A DNA stretch of 64,000 bases. Source: Microcoleus sp. Its GTDB lineage: Bacteria; Cyanobacteriota; Cyanobacteriia; Cyanobacteriales; Microcoleaceae. The DNA lies in NCBI GenBank assembly GCA_052279835.1, contig CP181291.1, positions 1,248,001 to 1,312,000 of the forward strand, written 5' to 3'. This document shows positions 9,330 to 18,973 of this stretch, piece by piece. The translations under genes were made by a program, and so were the position numbers. Under the pieces are notes generated by a model, which saw only the letters and a program-made list of their open reading frames with translations, was not told where the DNA came from and did not search any database. How positions within the stretch are numbered: the first letter of the stretch is position 1; each line of letters begins with the position of its first letter.

Positions 9330-10851
9330 ATGGTAGTAGCAGCACCAGTTCTATCGGGCAATCAGTCGATTTTTCAAGCTCGTTACGACAACTTTATCGG
9401 CGGGAAATGGGTAGCACCGACGCAAGGAAAATACTCGGAAAATTTGTCGCCAATTACCGGAAGACCAATTTGTCAAATCCCGCGATCGACCGCCGAAGAT
9501 GTAGAATTAGCCCTAGATGCCGCCCACGCAGCCGCATTCAAGTGGGGTAAGACTAACCCCGCAGAAAGGGCGCGGATTATACACAAAATAGCCGATCGCA
9601 TGGAAGAAAACCTCGATCGCCTAGCCATCGCCGAAACCTGGGACAATGGTAAACCAATCCGCGAAACCACATTAGCAGATATACCACTGGCGATCGACCA
9701 CTTCCGCTACTTCGCAAGCTGCATCCGAGCTCAAGAAGGGTCCATCGGCCAACTCGACGAAACCACCGTCGCCTACCACTTCCACGAACCCCTAGGCGTC
9801 ATCGGACAAATCATACCCTGGAACTTCCCCATCCTCATGGCCGCCTGGAAACTAGCCCCAGCCCTCGCCGCCGGAAACTGCGTCGTCCTCAAACCAGCAG
9901 GGTCCAACCCCCGCCTCAATCCTAGTCTTAATGGAAATCATCGCCGACTTAGTACCAGACGGCGTAATCAACATCATCAACGGACCAGGCGCCGAAATCG
10001 GCAAAACCCTAGCCACCAGCCGCCGCATCGCCAAAGTCGCCTTCACCGGCGAAACCACCACCGGGCGACTAATCATGCAATACGCCTCCCAAAACATCAT
10101 CCCAGTCACCCTAGAATTAGGCGGCAAATCCCCCAACATTTTCTGTGAAGACATCTGCGCCAAAGACGACGATTTCCTCGACAAAGCCATCGAAGGATTT
10201 GTAATGTTCGCCTTAAACCAAGGAGAAGTTTGCACCTGTCCCTCTCGCGCCTTAATTCACGAATCAATCTACGACCAATTTATCGAAAAAGCCCTCTCCC
10301 GCATCCGCCAAATCAAACAAAACAACCCCTTAGACTCCACAACATCCCTAGGCGCACAAGTATCCATCAACCAAATGGAAAAAATCGCCGAATACGTCAA
10401 AATTGGCCATGCAGAAGGTGCCGAATGCCTAATTGGCGGCGAAAGAAACATCTTATCCGGCGACTTAAAAGAAGGCTATTACTTCCAGCCCACAGTCTTT
10501 AAAGGTGACAACAAAATGCGGATTTTTCAAGAAGAAATCTTCGGACCAGTATTAGCAGTCACCACCTTCAAAGACGAAGCCCAAGCCTTAGAAATTGCCA
10601 ACGATACACTCTATGGTTTAGGCGCAGGAGTTTGGACTCGCGACATCAACGCCGCCTATCGCATGGGCCGCGCCATTCAAGCCGGTCGCGTCTGGACAAA
10701 CTGCTACCACCTCTATCCAGCCCACGCAGCATTCGGCGGCTACAAATCATCGGGAATCGGCCGCGAAAACCACAAAATGATGTTAGACCACTACCAACAA
10801 ACCAAGAACTTGTTAGTAAGTTACAGCCCCAAAGCTTTAGGTTTCTTCTAA
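9330..10851 (+). CDS. Aldehyde dehydrogenase (AldB/ExaC-like), apparent +1 frameshift at about 9900
   Basis: [34 protein letters not shown] and EEIFGPV split over two ORFs; removing one G at 9900-9902 restores [11 protein letters not shown]. Confidence 0.9.
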
Positions 10852-11009
10852 AATTTTAAAGTCCAGAAAGGAAGAAGCAAAAAAGACCAACTTAAAAAAT
10901 TAGTCCACTCCTTCTTCCTCTCTGCCCTCTGCGCCCTCTGCGCCCTCTGCGGTTAATAAAAAAAAGCTAATTCAAAAACGAAATAAAACTGCTACACAAA
11001 CAGACTAAA

Positions 11010-11357
11010 ATGGAAACAATCGCCAAAGTCACTGCCACCCAAACAGCCTTAAAATTAATCAACTATCTCAAAACCCAACACGGAGAATTGATGTTTCACC
11101 AATCCGGCGGCTGCTGCGACGGTAGTTCCCCCATGTGCTTTCCCAAGGGCGAATTGATAGTTGGTGATGTGGACGTATTACTCGGCGAAATAGGCGGTTG
11201 TCCTTTCTATATCGCAGCACAGCAATACGAATATTGGCAACATACGCAGTTAATTATAGATGTAGCATCGGGACCAGGAGGCAGCGATTTTTCCCTGGAA
11301 GGGCCGGAGGGAGAACGTTTTATTACTCGTTCCCGCTTGTTTGCCAATGCCGATTAA
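11010..11357 (+). CDS. DUF779 protein (usual partner of AldB-type ALDH)
   Basis: MFHQSGGCCDGSSPMC motif; lies directly downstream of the ALDH. Confidence 0.88.
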   Translation: METIAKVTATQTALKLINYLKTQHGELMFHQSGGCCDGSSPMCFPKGELIVGDVDVLLGEIGGCPFYIAAQQYEYWQHTQLIIDVASGPGGSDFSLEGPEGERFITRSRLFANAD

Positions 11358-11500
11358 GTTTGGTTAGCCTCTTTTGGCACTATAGCAATCTTATTGGTAT
11401 TGAACCACAGAGGGCGCAGAGAACACAGAGAAAGAGGCAACTGAAAAATAATAATATTTATCTTGACAAATTAGCCGTTTTTTTGCTAAGTGTCATCTGT

Positions 11501-11995
11501 TTAGGGCTGACGCATTTCTTCAATAAATGAAATGCCATCAAAAACGCCATCTTTAAAAGCTTGAGTGCTACGAACTCGGTGATTTTCTGCCAGTAATGTC
11601 ATTGTTTCCATAAAAGTAATCAGTGCGTTATCTTGGGTTTTTGTGGCGCGAAAGCAGATTGTTTCTTGGCCAGCATCCCACGCAATCGCCGCAAAATCTG
11701 AATAACTGCTAGAAAATAGTTTCAGAATTCTATTTTCAAATTCACCTTGAAAGTTTAGCTGGAGGCGAGAACCATCTGAGTATTCATAATTATTAACTTG
11801 TCGGTAGTGACTTCCCTCAATGGAGATGGTAAAATTACCGAAGAAGCTGCGCAGAAAATGTCCACGAGTATCGGTTTTAATATACTCTCCTTTCCACGTA
11901 CCGAGATGGCGCGTAAAAATTTCAGGAACTTTGTCTAAATCGGGAGGGTTGATAGGGCTGATGATATTTTGATTAATTACATTATCGTTACTCAT
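11501..11995 (-). CDS. Hypothetical beta-barrel (lipocalin/DUF3598-like) protein
   Basis: HLGTWKGEY motif, beta-rich, RBS AGGAG upstream; likely co-transcribed with the monooxygenase. Confidence 0.55.
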   Translation of the reverse strand: MSNDNVINQNIISPINPPDLDKVPEIFTRHLGTWKGEYIKTDTRGHFLRSFFGNFTISIEGSHYRQVNNYEYSDGSRLQLNFQGEFENRILKLFSSSYSDFAAIAWDAGQETICFRATKTQDNALITFMETMTLLAENHRVRSTQAFKDGVFDGISFIEEMRQP

Positions 11996-12107
11996 TAATT
12001 AGTCTCCTGTTTAAAAAAACCAACATGGATTTTTTACGGTTGGGGGCGTTTTTTTTTACCTGTTTGTACGTTTTAAAGTTAGGGGCGAAACCGCCATTTA
12101 AATTTTA

Positions 12108-13178
12108 CTAACGACGACCTATTTTTAAACTCATTTCACGGCTAGTGCGTTGATATTCGTGGACAATAGGTAGTCTTTCGGTTTGAAAATTTGCTAGGGC
12201 TTCGGGAATGTTAGCGCTGTCTCTGAGATGTTGTGCTAAATACAGACCGTCTTCCCAGCCGGAAGTCATTCCTCTGGCGCGTGTGGAACTTTTTGCGTGG
12301 GCTGCATCACCGATGAGAATCACCCGCCCATCATAAATTTTTGGTAGGGGGTCAATGTCATAGGAAAAACGACAGACAACTTTGTCCAGAGGGGTTGATT
12401 CAATCACTTTTCGTGCATCATCGGGCAGTTTTGCCAGTTCTTGAGGAGGTATGGTGATGTCATTGGGTTGGAGTTTTCCTACTTCCGAGTCTTGTCGCTC
12501 TTTTTCAATAAAGAAACCCCAATGGGTGCGACCTCCTCCAATGTGAAAGAAGTTGGCATAAATTCCTCTACCGCGTACATACACAAAAAAGTTTCCTTCT
12601 GGACAGAAGCTATTGTCTTCGACTATTCCTCGCCAGACGATATCGCCTAAATAAAACAATTCTACGCCTGGAACGATAAATTGACGAACTTTGGAGACGA
12701 TTCCATCAGCGCCAATTAATAAGTCACCTTCCCACTGGGTTCCATCTTTAAAGTGGGCGATCGCGCTACAATCGGTTTGGGCGATCGAGGCTAATTCTGC
12801 ATTAAAATGAATACAACCAGGGGGTAACTCATCGAGGAGGGCTTCTAGAATGGCTTTGCGGTGTACCAGCATTCCTGGGAGTTCATTTTCCTGATAGGTG
12901 ACTGGTTCGGAATTGATGACACCGCCGCGCAGGTTGCGAAACTCGAATACTTTGACCGCATCGCCGGAGTTAATAATTTTTTGGGTTACTTGATGGTTTC
13001 CCCGATGCAGTGCTTCCATACCTGCTTGTACGATCAGAATACCACATCCATCGGTGCGCGGATTTGGTGCTTTTTCAAATAACGTAACTTGAAACCCTTG
13101 TTTAATCAGCAAAATCGCCAGATAAACTCCCGATGTTCCTGCGCCGATAATACCTATCCTGCTGTTTAAAGAAACCAT
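12108..13178 (-). CDS. FAD-dependent monooxygenase (UbiH/salicylate hydroxylase-like)
   Basis: GAGTSG Rossmann motif, LLIGADG, LIGDAAH. Confidence 0.9.
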   Translation of the reverse strand: MVSLNSRIGIIGAGTSGVYLAILLIKQGFQVTLFEKAPNPRTDGCGILIVQAGMEALHRGNHQVTQKIINSGDAVKVFEFRNLRGGVINSEPVTYQENELPGMLVHRKAILEALLDELPPGCIHFNAELASIAQTDCSAIAHFKDGTQWEGDLLIGADGIVSKVRQFIVPGVELFYLGDIVWRGIVEDNSFCPEGNFFVYVRGRGIYANFFHIGGGRTHWGFFIEKERQDSEVGKLQPNDITIPPQELAKLPDDARKVIESTPLDKVVCRFSYDIDPLPKIYDGRVILIGDAAHAKSSTRARGMTSGWEDGLYLAQHLRDSANIPEALANFQTERLPIVHEYQRTSREMSLKIGRR

Positions 13179-13235
13179 CTGTACCTCTTGTGATTTAATC
13201 AGGAAGTCGTTAGTTATTAGTTATTATAGCCTTTC

Positions 13236-14192
13236 TCAGATAGATGAGGTGCAATAACAGCAGTGAGTAAACCAATTCCACAGGTCTTGCTCATCAATTT
13301 GCTCAAATGCGCTTACTATCGCCGAGTCTAATGCTTGATAGGTTCTCGCACCAAAAGTACGGAGAAGATACTTCAGCTTTGACCATACATTTTCAATTGG
13401 CGAAAAGTCGGGAGAATACGGGGGTAAAAATATTAACTTTGCTCCCGCTTTCTTAATGGCTTTTTCTATTTCTTCCCCTTTGTGAATACTATAGTTGTCC
13501 ATCAATACACAAGCACCTTTCCAGAGTTTTGGCACAAGTTTTCTGATGATAAAAGCCTCAAAAGTAATCCCATCTATTGAGCCTAATAAATTCACTGATG
13601 TCAGCAGTTTTTTGACAGATATTGCTCCCAATATCGAGACATTTTTGCCACGTCTATTTGGTTTAGGCCCAAGGGCTCTTGAGCCTTTTAACGACCGGGC
13701 ATATAATCTAACCATAGCTAGATTAACCCCCGACTCATCAATAAATATTAAATTATTCATATTCAGATTTCGGATTTGCTGCCAGAACTCATATCGAAGG
13801 TTTTGAACTCTGTCACTGCCTTTAGCTGAGGGGAAGAGAGTTTTTTTTTTGTAAGTTATGTTCAACCGTTGTGCCATTCTTCCCATTGTAGCCCTACTGA
13901 TATTTACGCCGATTTTTTGCTCGAGTAAATGACAGAGTTCTTCGAGGGTGGCATCGTTATTTTTTTCAATTAATTCCGCTAAAATAACCAGTTGTTCAGG
14001 TTTGAGTTTAAGTAGGCCCCCGCATCGATGAGTTTGAGGGGCAATACTTTGGGTTTGGCGATACTGTTTAAGCAATTTTTGAACGAAGCTAGTCGCCACA
14101 CAAAACCGCTTGGCTATTTGTCTTTGTGAGATGGGCTCACTATGGTAAACATTAATTATTTTTTGTCGAAAGTCAATAGAATAAGATTTCAT
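13236..14192 (-). CDS. IS630 transposase
   Basis: YSIDFR HTH start, DATLEEL, DDE triad FIDESG / MDN / PPYSPDFSPIE; single ORF from ATG 14192. Confidence 0.93.
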   Translation of the reverse strand: MKSYSIDFRQKIINVYHSEPISQRQIAKRFCVATSFVQKLLKQYRQTQSIAPQTHRCGGLLKLKPEQLVILAELIEKNNDATLEELCHLLEQKIGVNISRATMGRMAQRLNITYKKKTLFPSAKGSDRVQNLRYEFWQQIRNLNMNNLIFIDESGVNLAMVRLYARSLKGSRALGPKPNRRGKNVSILGAISVKKLLTSVNLLGSIDGITFEAFIIRKLVPKLWKGACVLMDNYSIHKGEEIEKAIKKAGAKLIFLPPYSPDFSPIENVWSKLKYLLRTFGARTYQALDSAIVSAFEQIDEQDLWNWFTHCCYCTSSI

Positions 14193-14230
14193 TTTTAGTA
14201 AGGTGTGATGCTTTTTACAATCAGGGAATA

Positions 14231-14368
14231 GCTGTGACCCGATCGACTGCTTTTGGCGATCGACTGCTGTGACCCGATCGACTGCTTTTGGCGATCGACT
14301 GCTTTTGGCGATCGACTGCTGTGACCCGATCGACTGCTGTGACCCGATCGACTGCTGTGACCCGATCG
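14231..14368. repeat. Eight-unit 17/18-bp tandem array with CGATCG cores inside the IS630
   Basis: Units CTGTGACCCGATCGACTG (A) and CTTTTGGCGATCGACTG (B) in the order A B A B B A A A. Confidence 0.9.
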
Positions 14369-14500
14369 GGGCTTCAATCACAAGATTGAATTAGAGCTGT
14401 GCGATCTTTTTGAACTAAATATTTTCCACTCTGTTCTTGTCAGTTACATTGTATCTCATCTACCTGAGAAAGGCTATAGTTATTAGTTATTAGTTGGTTG

Positions 14501-14531
14501 CAAGGCCCAAGGCCCAAGGCCCAAGGCCCAA
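14501..14531. repeat. CAAGGCC heptamer array
   Basis: Four tandem copies. Confidence 0.8.
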
Positions 14532-14549
14532 CTCTTCTCCTTAACTAAT

Positions 14550-15101
14550 TTAAGCTTTCGCATCAGTAATTAAAGCCAATTCGATTTGGTCTTCAGCGGT
14601 TTGACTCACTTTTGCGTGTAAACCTGGACCGAAAAAAGTAGCTATTTTTGCCTGTTTTTCTTCCCAGAGTTCCAGCGGGATTAAGGGGGAATGAAACTCT
14701 AGAATTAATCCATAGGCACCATCGAGAGAAACTTCCCGTAACCCTTGCAGCATCGGTCTTTCCTCGTCGGTAGGGGCCAAACCCAAGCGTTCCAGAGCAT
14801 CATCCAAGTGAGCCGGTTGACCGTAACGAAATCGGGTAACATCTTTGCGAACTTGGTTTTGAGTCTCCGTGGCCTGGTGTTCTCTCAGGAGTAGAACTTC
14901 AGGAGTAGTGGGTTCGCTAAACTCCGCAGGTTCGAGTTCCGCAGCTTTGAGGGCTAAACCCCCCAGCAACAGTGGAATACCATAAAAAAAACCCGCCAGA
15001 TTTAGAGTCGGTCGGTCTGTGAAGTAGGCGCCGAAACCGACTGCTGCTAAAATACAGCCCACAACTAAGGCTAAGTTTGCTAAAGAAATTTTACGGAACA
15101 T
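14550..15101 (-). CDS. DUF2854-like membrane protein
   Basis: Two N-terminal TM helices, FYGIPLLLGGLALKAAEL, DVTRFRYGQPAHLD, FFGPG. Confidence 0.8.
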   Translation of the reverse strand: MFRKISLANLALVVGCILAAVGFGAYFTDRPTLNLAGFFYGIPLLLGGLALKAAELEPAEFSEPTTPEVLLLREHQATETQNQVRKDVTRFRYGQPAHLDDALERLGLAPTDEERPMLQGLREVSLDGAYGLILEFHSPLIPLELWEEKQAKIATFFGPGLHAKVSQTAEDQIELALITDAKA

Positions 15102-15416
15102 ATCAGTCAGGTAGTTAGCTGCAAGCAATAAGATACTTTCATTATTATCAGTCAAAAAGTCTTGAATAAATTCAAAATTTTACACAAAATACCTGCAAAA
15201 ACTGCTAAGCTCTAAGAGCGCGGGCTCAGATACATCCCACATCTGGTCTCTAGCTTCAAAAAAATTCTCCCGCTCGACTTGTCGCCAACACCTGTAAATA
15301 TCCGTGTTCATGGTGTGTCTTTGGTTCCAGAAGGCGATCGATATCACCAGTATCATTAAATTATATAGATTTGGGTTGCGATCGACCCTCTTACCCTTTT
15401 AACCAATTTTTTAGAC

Positions 15417-15677
15417 ATGATAAAAGACGAAGACAAACAAACTCCTGGAGCAAACAAGTCGGTTCTAGAGCAAATTAACTCGCTCAAGCGCGAAGATGAA
15501 AGGCTTTACAACATCTTAGCCATAGATGTCTGGGCCTTAGCCAAGACAATGGATGAATATCAACCAGGATTTTGGGCTGCGTTTATGAAAAATCGTGAAA
15601 AAGCCCTCAAGCGATTTTTAGCTGAAATGATGAAAAACAAGACCACAGATAGCAAACGTCCTCCTTTTTTGCGCTGA
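15417..15677 (+). CDS. Hypothetical protein (86 aa)
   Basis: Clean ORF with protein-like composition (DVWALAKTMDEYQPGFWAAFM). Confidence 0.6.
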   Translation: MIKDEDKQTPGANKSVLEQINSLKREDERLYNILAIDVWALAKTMDEYQPGFWAAFMKNREKALKRFLAEMMKNKTTDSKRPPFLR

Positions 15678-15972
15678 TGTTCGCCAACTCTGGTGTTGCC
15701 GGCGCTAGGGTAGTGGGGGCCTAAAACTTCAAGTTCGTTGCTGAATTTGAAATTTATAGAAAAGGCTAATTGAGGGAAAAATAGCCAGAAAATTCCTATA
15801 TTGATGGAGTAAAAACGCAACATTAATGGCTATATACTAGACAAGGTTAGAGATTTTGTTGTAAAATACAGAGATTCAAACCAATTCAATGTCATGGAAT
15901 GTTTGAGGTTGATTTGGGAAGAATAACTACAAGAAAAATGCTGGTAATGTATAGTAAATAAGGGAAAAAACC

Positions 15973-16140
15973 ATGGATGCACAAACAATCAAAGAGCGGG
16001 TAGCAGAAATCGAGAGCAAGCGGGAATCGCTAGTGCGACTACTAGATAGAACCGATTTGGGCGCCTTGAGAATAGATGTGAGTCAGGCGATAGAAGAAAT
16101 TGATGATTTGTTAGAAGAATTCAAACGCACTTTTAGTTAA
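15973..16140 (+). CDS. Small coiled-coil protein (55 aa), not in the ORF track
   Basis: [55 protein letters not shown]; purine-rich RBS AAGGGA upstream. Confidence 0.7.
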   Translation: MDAQTIKERVAEIESKRESLVRLLDRTDLGALRIDVSQAIEEIDDLLEEFKRTFS

Positions 16141-16414
16141 GGGGAATTGGGGATTGGGAATGGGGAATTGGGAGTTGGGGATTGGGCAACCCCCCCCTGC
16201 CCCCCCCCAAGGGGGGAAACAATTGGGGATTGGGAATGGGGGATTGGGAATCGGGAATTGGGAGTTGGGAGTTGGGAATTGGGAGTTGGGCAACCCCCCC
16301 CTGCCCCCCCCAAGGGGGGAAAGAATTGGGGATGGGGAATGGGGAGTTGGGCAACCCCCCCAAGGGGGGAAAGAATTGGGGATTGGGAATCAGCCAATAA
16401 CCAATAACCAATAA
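16141..16414. repeat. STRR array (GGGAATT/GGGAGTT/GGGGATT) with three embedded CCCCCC-AA-GGGGGG hairpins
   Basis: Read directly; source of many spurious PIPNSQF ORFs. Confidence 0.9.
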
Positions 16415-18595
16415 CTAATTCATTACCATATCCATCAAAATTTGCTGAGAACTCACTTCCGGGCAATTAACAGGTGGCCGTCGCTGAGAATAGTGACCTC
16501 CAGGCTGCAAATCCCAAGCTTGGCGGTTGTCCGCCAGCATCACCCCCAAGATTTCTTGCAACTCCATGGCAATTGTGGGGTCTTCCACCTGAACAATCGC
16601 CTCAACCCGGCGGGTGAGGTTCCGCTGCATCCAATCAGCAGAACCTATATAAACTTCCTCGTTCCCACCGTTGAAAAAATAAAACATCCGAGAATGCTCT
16701 AAAAAACGACCGATAATACTGATAACTTTGATATTTTCGCTGACACCTTCAATGCCGGGACGCAAACAGCAAATCCCCCGAATAATCAAATCAATTTTCA
16801 CCCCCGCTTGGGAAGCTTCGTACAAAGCAACAATGATTTGAGGGTCCACTAAAGCATTCATTTTAGCCACAATGCGACCACAGGTACTGTTACCATTTTC
16901 AGTTGGCAAGCGACAAAATTCTGCCTCGCGACGAATCAGGGCCAAAAATCGATCGCGCATATTGACCGGTGCTACCAATAAATTACGATAAGATACCTGC
17001 CGTGAATAACCAGTTAAATAATTAAACAAGTCCGTCAAATCTGAACCCAAATCCTCCCGACAACTCAACAAACCCACATCAGTATAAAGTCCGGCGGTCT
17101 TGGGATTATAATTTCCAGTACCGATGTGGACGTAGCGCCGAATGCACCCGTCCTCTCGTCGTACCGCCATCAAAATCTTGGTGTGGGTCTTGAGCCCCAC
17201 CAAACCGTAAACTACATGAACTCCGGCCTGTTCTAACTTGCGAGCCCAATTAATATTGTTTTCTTCGTCGAATCTAGCTTTGAGCTCTACTAAAACAGCT
17301 ACCTGCTTACCATTTTGTGCTGCTTCAATTAAAGCACTGACGATCGGCGAATCACCAGAAGTGCGGTATAAAGTCATCTTAATCGCTAATACAGAGCGAT
17401 CGCGCGCCGCCTCAGTAATAAACCGCTGCACCGTAGCAGCAAAAGAGTGATATGGATGGTGCAACATAATATCGCCCCGGCGGATGGCGGTAAAAATATC
17501 TTCCATCTCCTCAGAATGGCTGATGGACTCGTCAATTCTTCCGGCTTCCGGGTTTCGCAAACGGACAGGGACTACGGGACTCCATGGGGGGTCTTTCAGT
17601 TCCGGCACAGGCAGTCCGACAAAGGACATCAAATCCTTGAGGCCTAGCAGCCCCTCTACGACGTAAACATCTTGCTCTCCTAGATCCAACTCGTCCATGA
17701 GCATATCTCGCAGACCAGGTGGCATAATCGCTTGGATTTCCAGGCGTACCGCAGAACCTCCAAACCTGCGTTTGCGGAGTTCCTGTTCGATGGCTAGCAG
17801 CAAATCCTCTGCCTCATCTTCCTCCACTGTCAAGTCTGCATTACGAGTAATACGGAAGGGGTGATATTCCTGAATATCCATCCCCGGAAACAGGGCCTCT
17901 AAATTGTGAGCAATTACCTGTTCTAGCGGCACTCCAGTCCAGACAGCAGATTTGCCTCTTTGTTGCCATTGCAAATCGGCCGGCAAGGGCAAAAACCTGG
18001 GCAAAACTTGGGGTACTTTGACGCGGGCAAACAATTCTTCCTGGGTGTCTGGGTCCCTGACTACTACTGCTAAATTGAGGCTGAGATTGGAAAGAAAGGG
18101 GAATGGGTGACTGGGGTCAACTGCTAGGGGTGTGAGTACGGGGAATACTTGTTCTTTGAAGTAGCGATGTAGGTAGGTGCGCTGTTCTTGATTGAGGTCG
18201 ATGTAGTCGAGAATGTGGATGCCGCTGGCTGCTAATTTGGGGCGGAGAGTTTGTTCAAAATAGGAGTGTTGCTGGGAAACCATAGGCAAAAGTCGTTTGC
18301 TAATGGCATCTAGTTGTTGTTGGGGGGTGCTGCCGTCGGAGGTGAGTTTGCTGACTTTTGCTTCTACTTGCTGTTTGAGGGCTGCTACTCGCACCATGAA
18401 GTATTCGTCGAGGTTGGAACTGAAAATAGCGAGAAATTTGAGTCTTTCTAGGAGGGGTGTGCGGGGGTCTAGGGCTTCGTGGAGGACTCGGTTGTTGAAT
18501 TCTAGCCAGCTTTGTTCTCGGTTGAAGTAGTATTGGGGGTCACTGAGGTTGATTTCGGTGTAGTTTTTGCTGGCTGTCTTTTTTTGCTTGGACAT
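16415..18595 (-). CDS. ppk1: Polyphosphate kinase 1
   Basis: YFNREQSWLEFNNRVL, LHHPYHSF, ELKARFDEENNI, KTHTK, GTGNYN, GSADWMQRNL. Confidence 0.97.
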   Translation of the reverse strand: MSKQKKTASKNYTEINLSDPQYYFNREQSWLEFNNRVLHEALDPRTPLLERLKFLAIFSSNLDEYFMVRVAALKQQVEAKVSKLTSDGSTPQQQLDAISKRLLPMVSQQHSYFEQTLRPKLAASGIHILDYIDLNQEQRTYLHRYFKEQVFPVLTPLAVDPSHPFPFLSNLSLNLAVVVRDPDTQEELFARVKVPQVLPRFLPLPADLQWQQRGKSAVWTGVPLEQVIAHNLEALFPGMDIQEYHPFRITRNADLTVEEDEAEDLLLAIEQELRKRRFGGSAVRLEIQAIMPPGLRDMLMDELDLGEQDVYVVEGLLGLKDLMSFVGLPVPELKDPPWSPVVPVRLRNPEAGRIDESISHSEEMEDIFTAIRRGDIMLHHPYHSFAATVQRFITEAARDRSVLAIKMTLYRTSGDSPIVSALIEAAQNGKQVAVLVELKARFDEENNINWARKLEQAGVHVVYGLVGLKTHTKILMAVRREDGCIRRYVHIGTGNYNPKTAGLYTDVGLLSCREDLGSDLTDLFNYLTGYSRQVSYRNLLVAPVNMRDRFLALIRREAEFCRLPTENGNSTCGRIVAKMNALVDPQIIVALYEASQAGVKIDLIIRGICCLRPGIEGVSENIKVISIIGRFLEHSRMFYFFNGGNEEVYIGSADWMQRNLTRRVEAIVQVEDPTIAMELQEILGVMLADNRQAWDLQPGGHYSQRRPPVNCPEVSSQQILMDMVMN

Positions 18596-18692
18596 GGTTT
18601 GGGGGAGTCTTGGGGAGGCGCAGAAGGAGACAGCAGTGCCCAGAGGTGTCAACTTAAGCTGTCAGCGCATCAATTCCGTTAGTCATCTCGCC

Positions 18693-18844
18693 AGTCCGTC
18701 AGGGGTTCAAACCCCTGTCTCATAGCTAAAGTCAGTTGAAACTGACTGAAGATTTGCCTGAAATCAATACACATCAACCAACTCTTCAGTCCTCTTTGAG
18801 AAGACTTTCGCTCCATCGGCAGGGGTTTAAACCCCTGCCGGACT
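18693..18844. mobile_element. Long imperfect palindrome / MITE-like repeat
   Basis: Ends AGTCCGTCAGGGGTTCAAACCCCTG and CAGGGGTTTAAACCCCTGCCGGACT; inner arms GACTGAAGA/TCTTCAGTC. Confidence 0.7.
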
Positions 18845-18973
18845 ATTGGTTGTACCTGATTGTTGACACTAATGGGCAGTGCAGTGTCCCTACCCTACGA
18901 TTATATATGGTTGTCGATCGCGCGTTTTTACAATACCCGTCGGGAAACGGCATTGCCGTGTCCATGCCCAATA

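Larger units (their letters stand above)
13227..14476 (-). mobile_element. IS630-family insertion sequence, apparently complete
   Basis: TIRs TAGCCTTTCTCAGATAGATGAGGTGCAAT and (reverse complement) TAGCCTTTCTCAGGTAGATGAGATACAAT; TA duplication at 13225-13226 and 14477-14478; inserted in a TTATTAG array. Confidence 0.92.

Noticed and set aside
14231..14368. Possible mini-CRISPR or iteron array
   Set aside because: No spacers and no rep gene; it lies inside the IS630 TIRs
14193..14381. 63-aa N-terminal extension of the transposase
   Set aside because: Derived from the repeat array; the family-typical start is MKSYSID at 14192
16111..16466. Several PIPNSQF/GIGNWE ORFs on both strands
   Set aside because: Translations of STRR heptamer repeats, not credible genes
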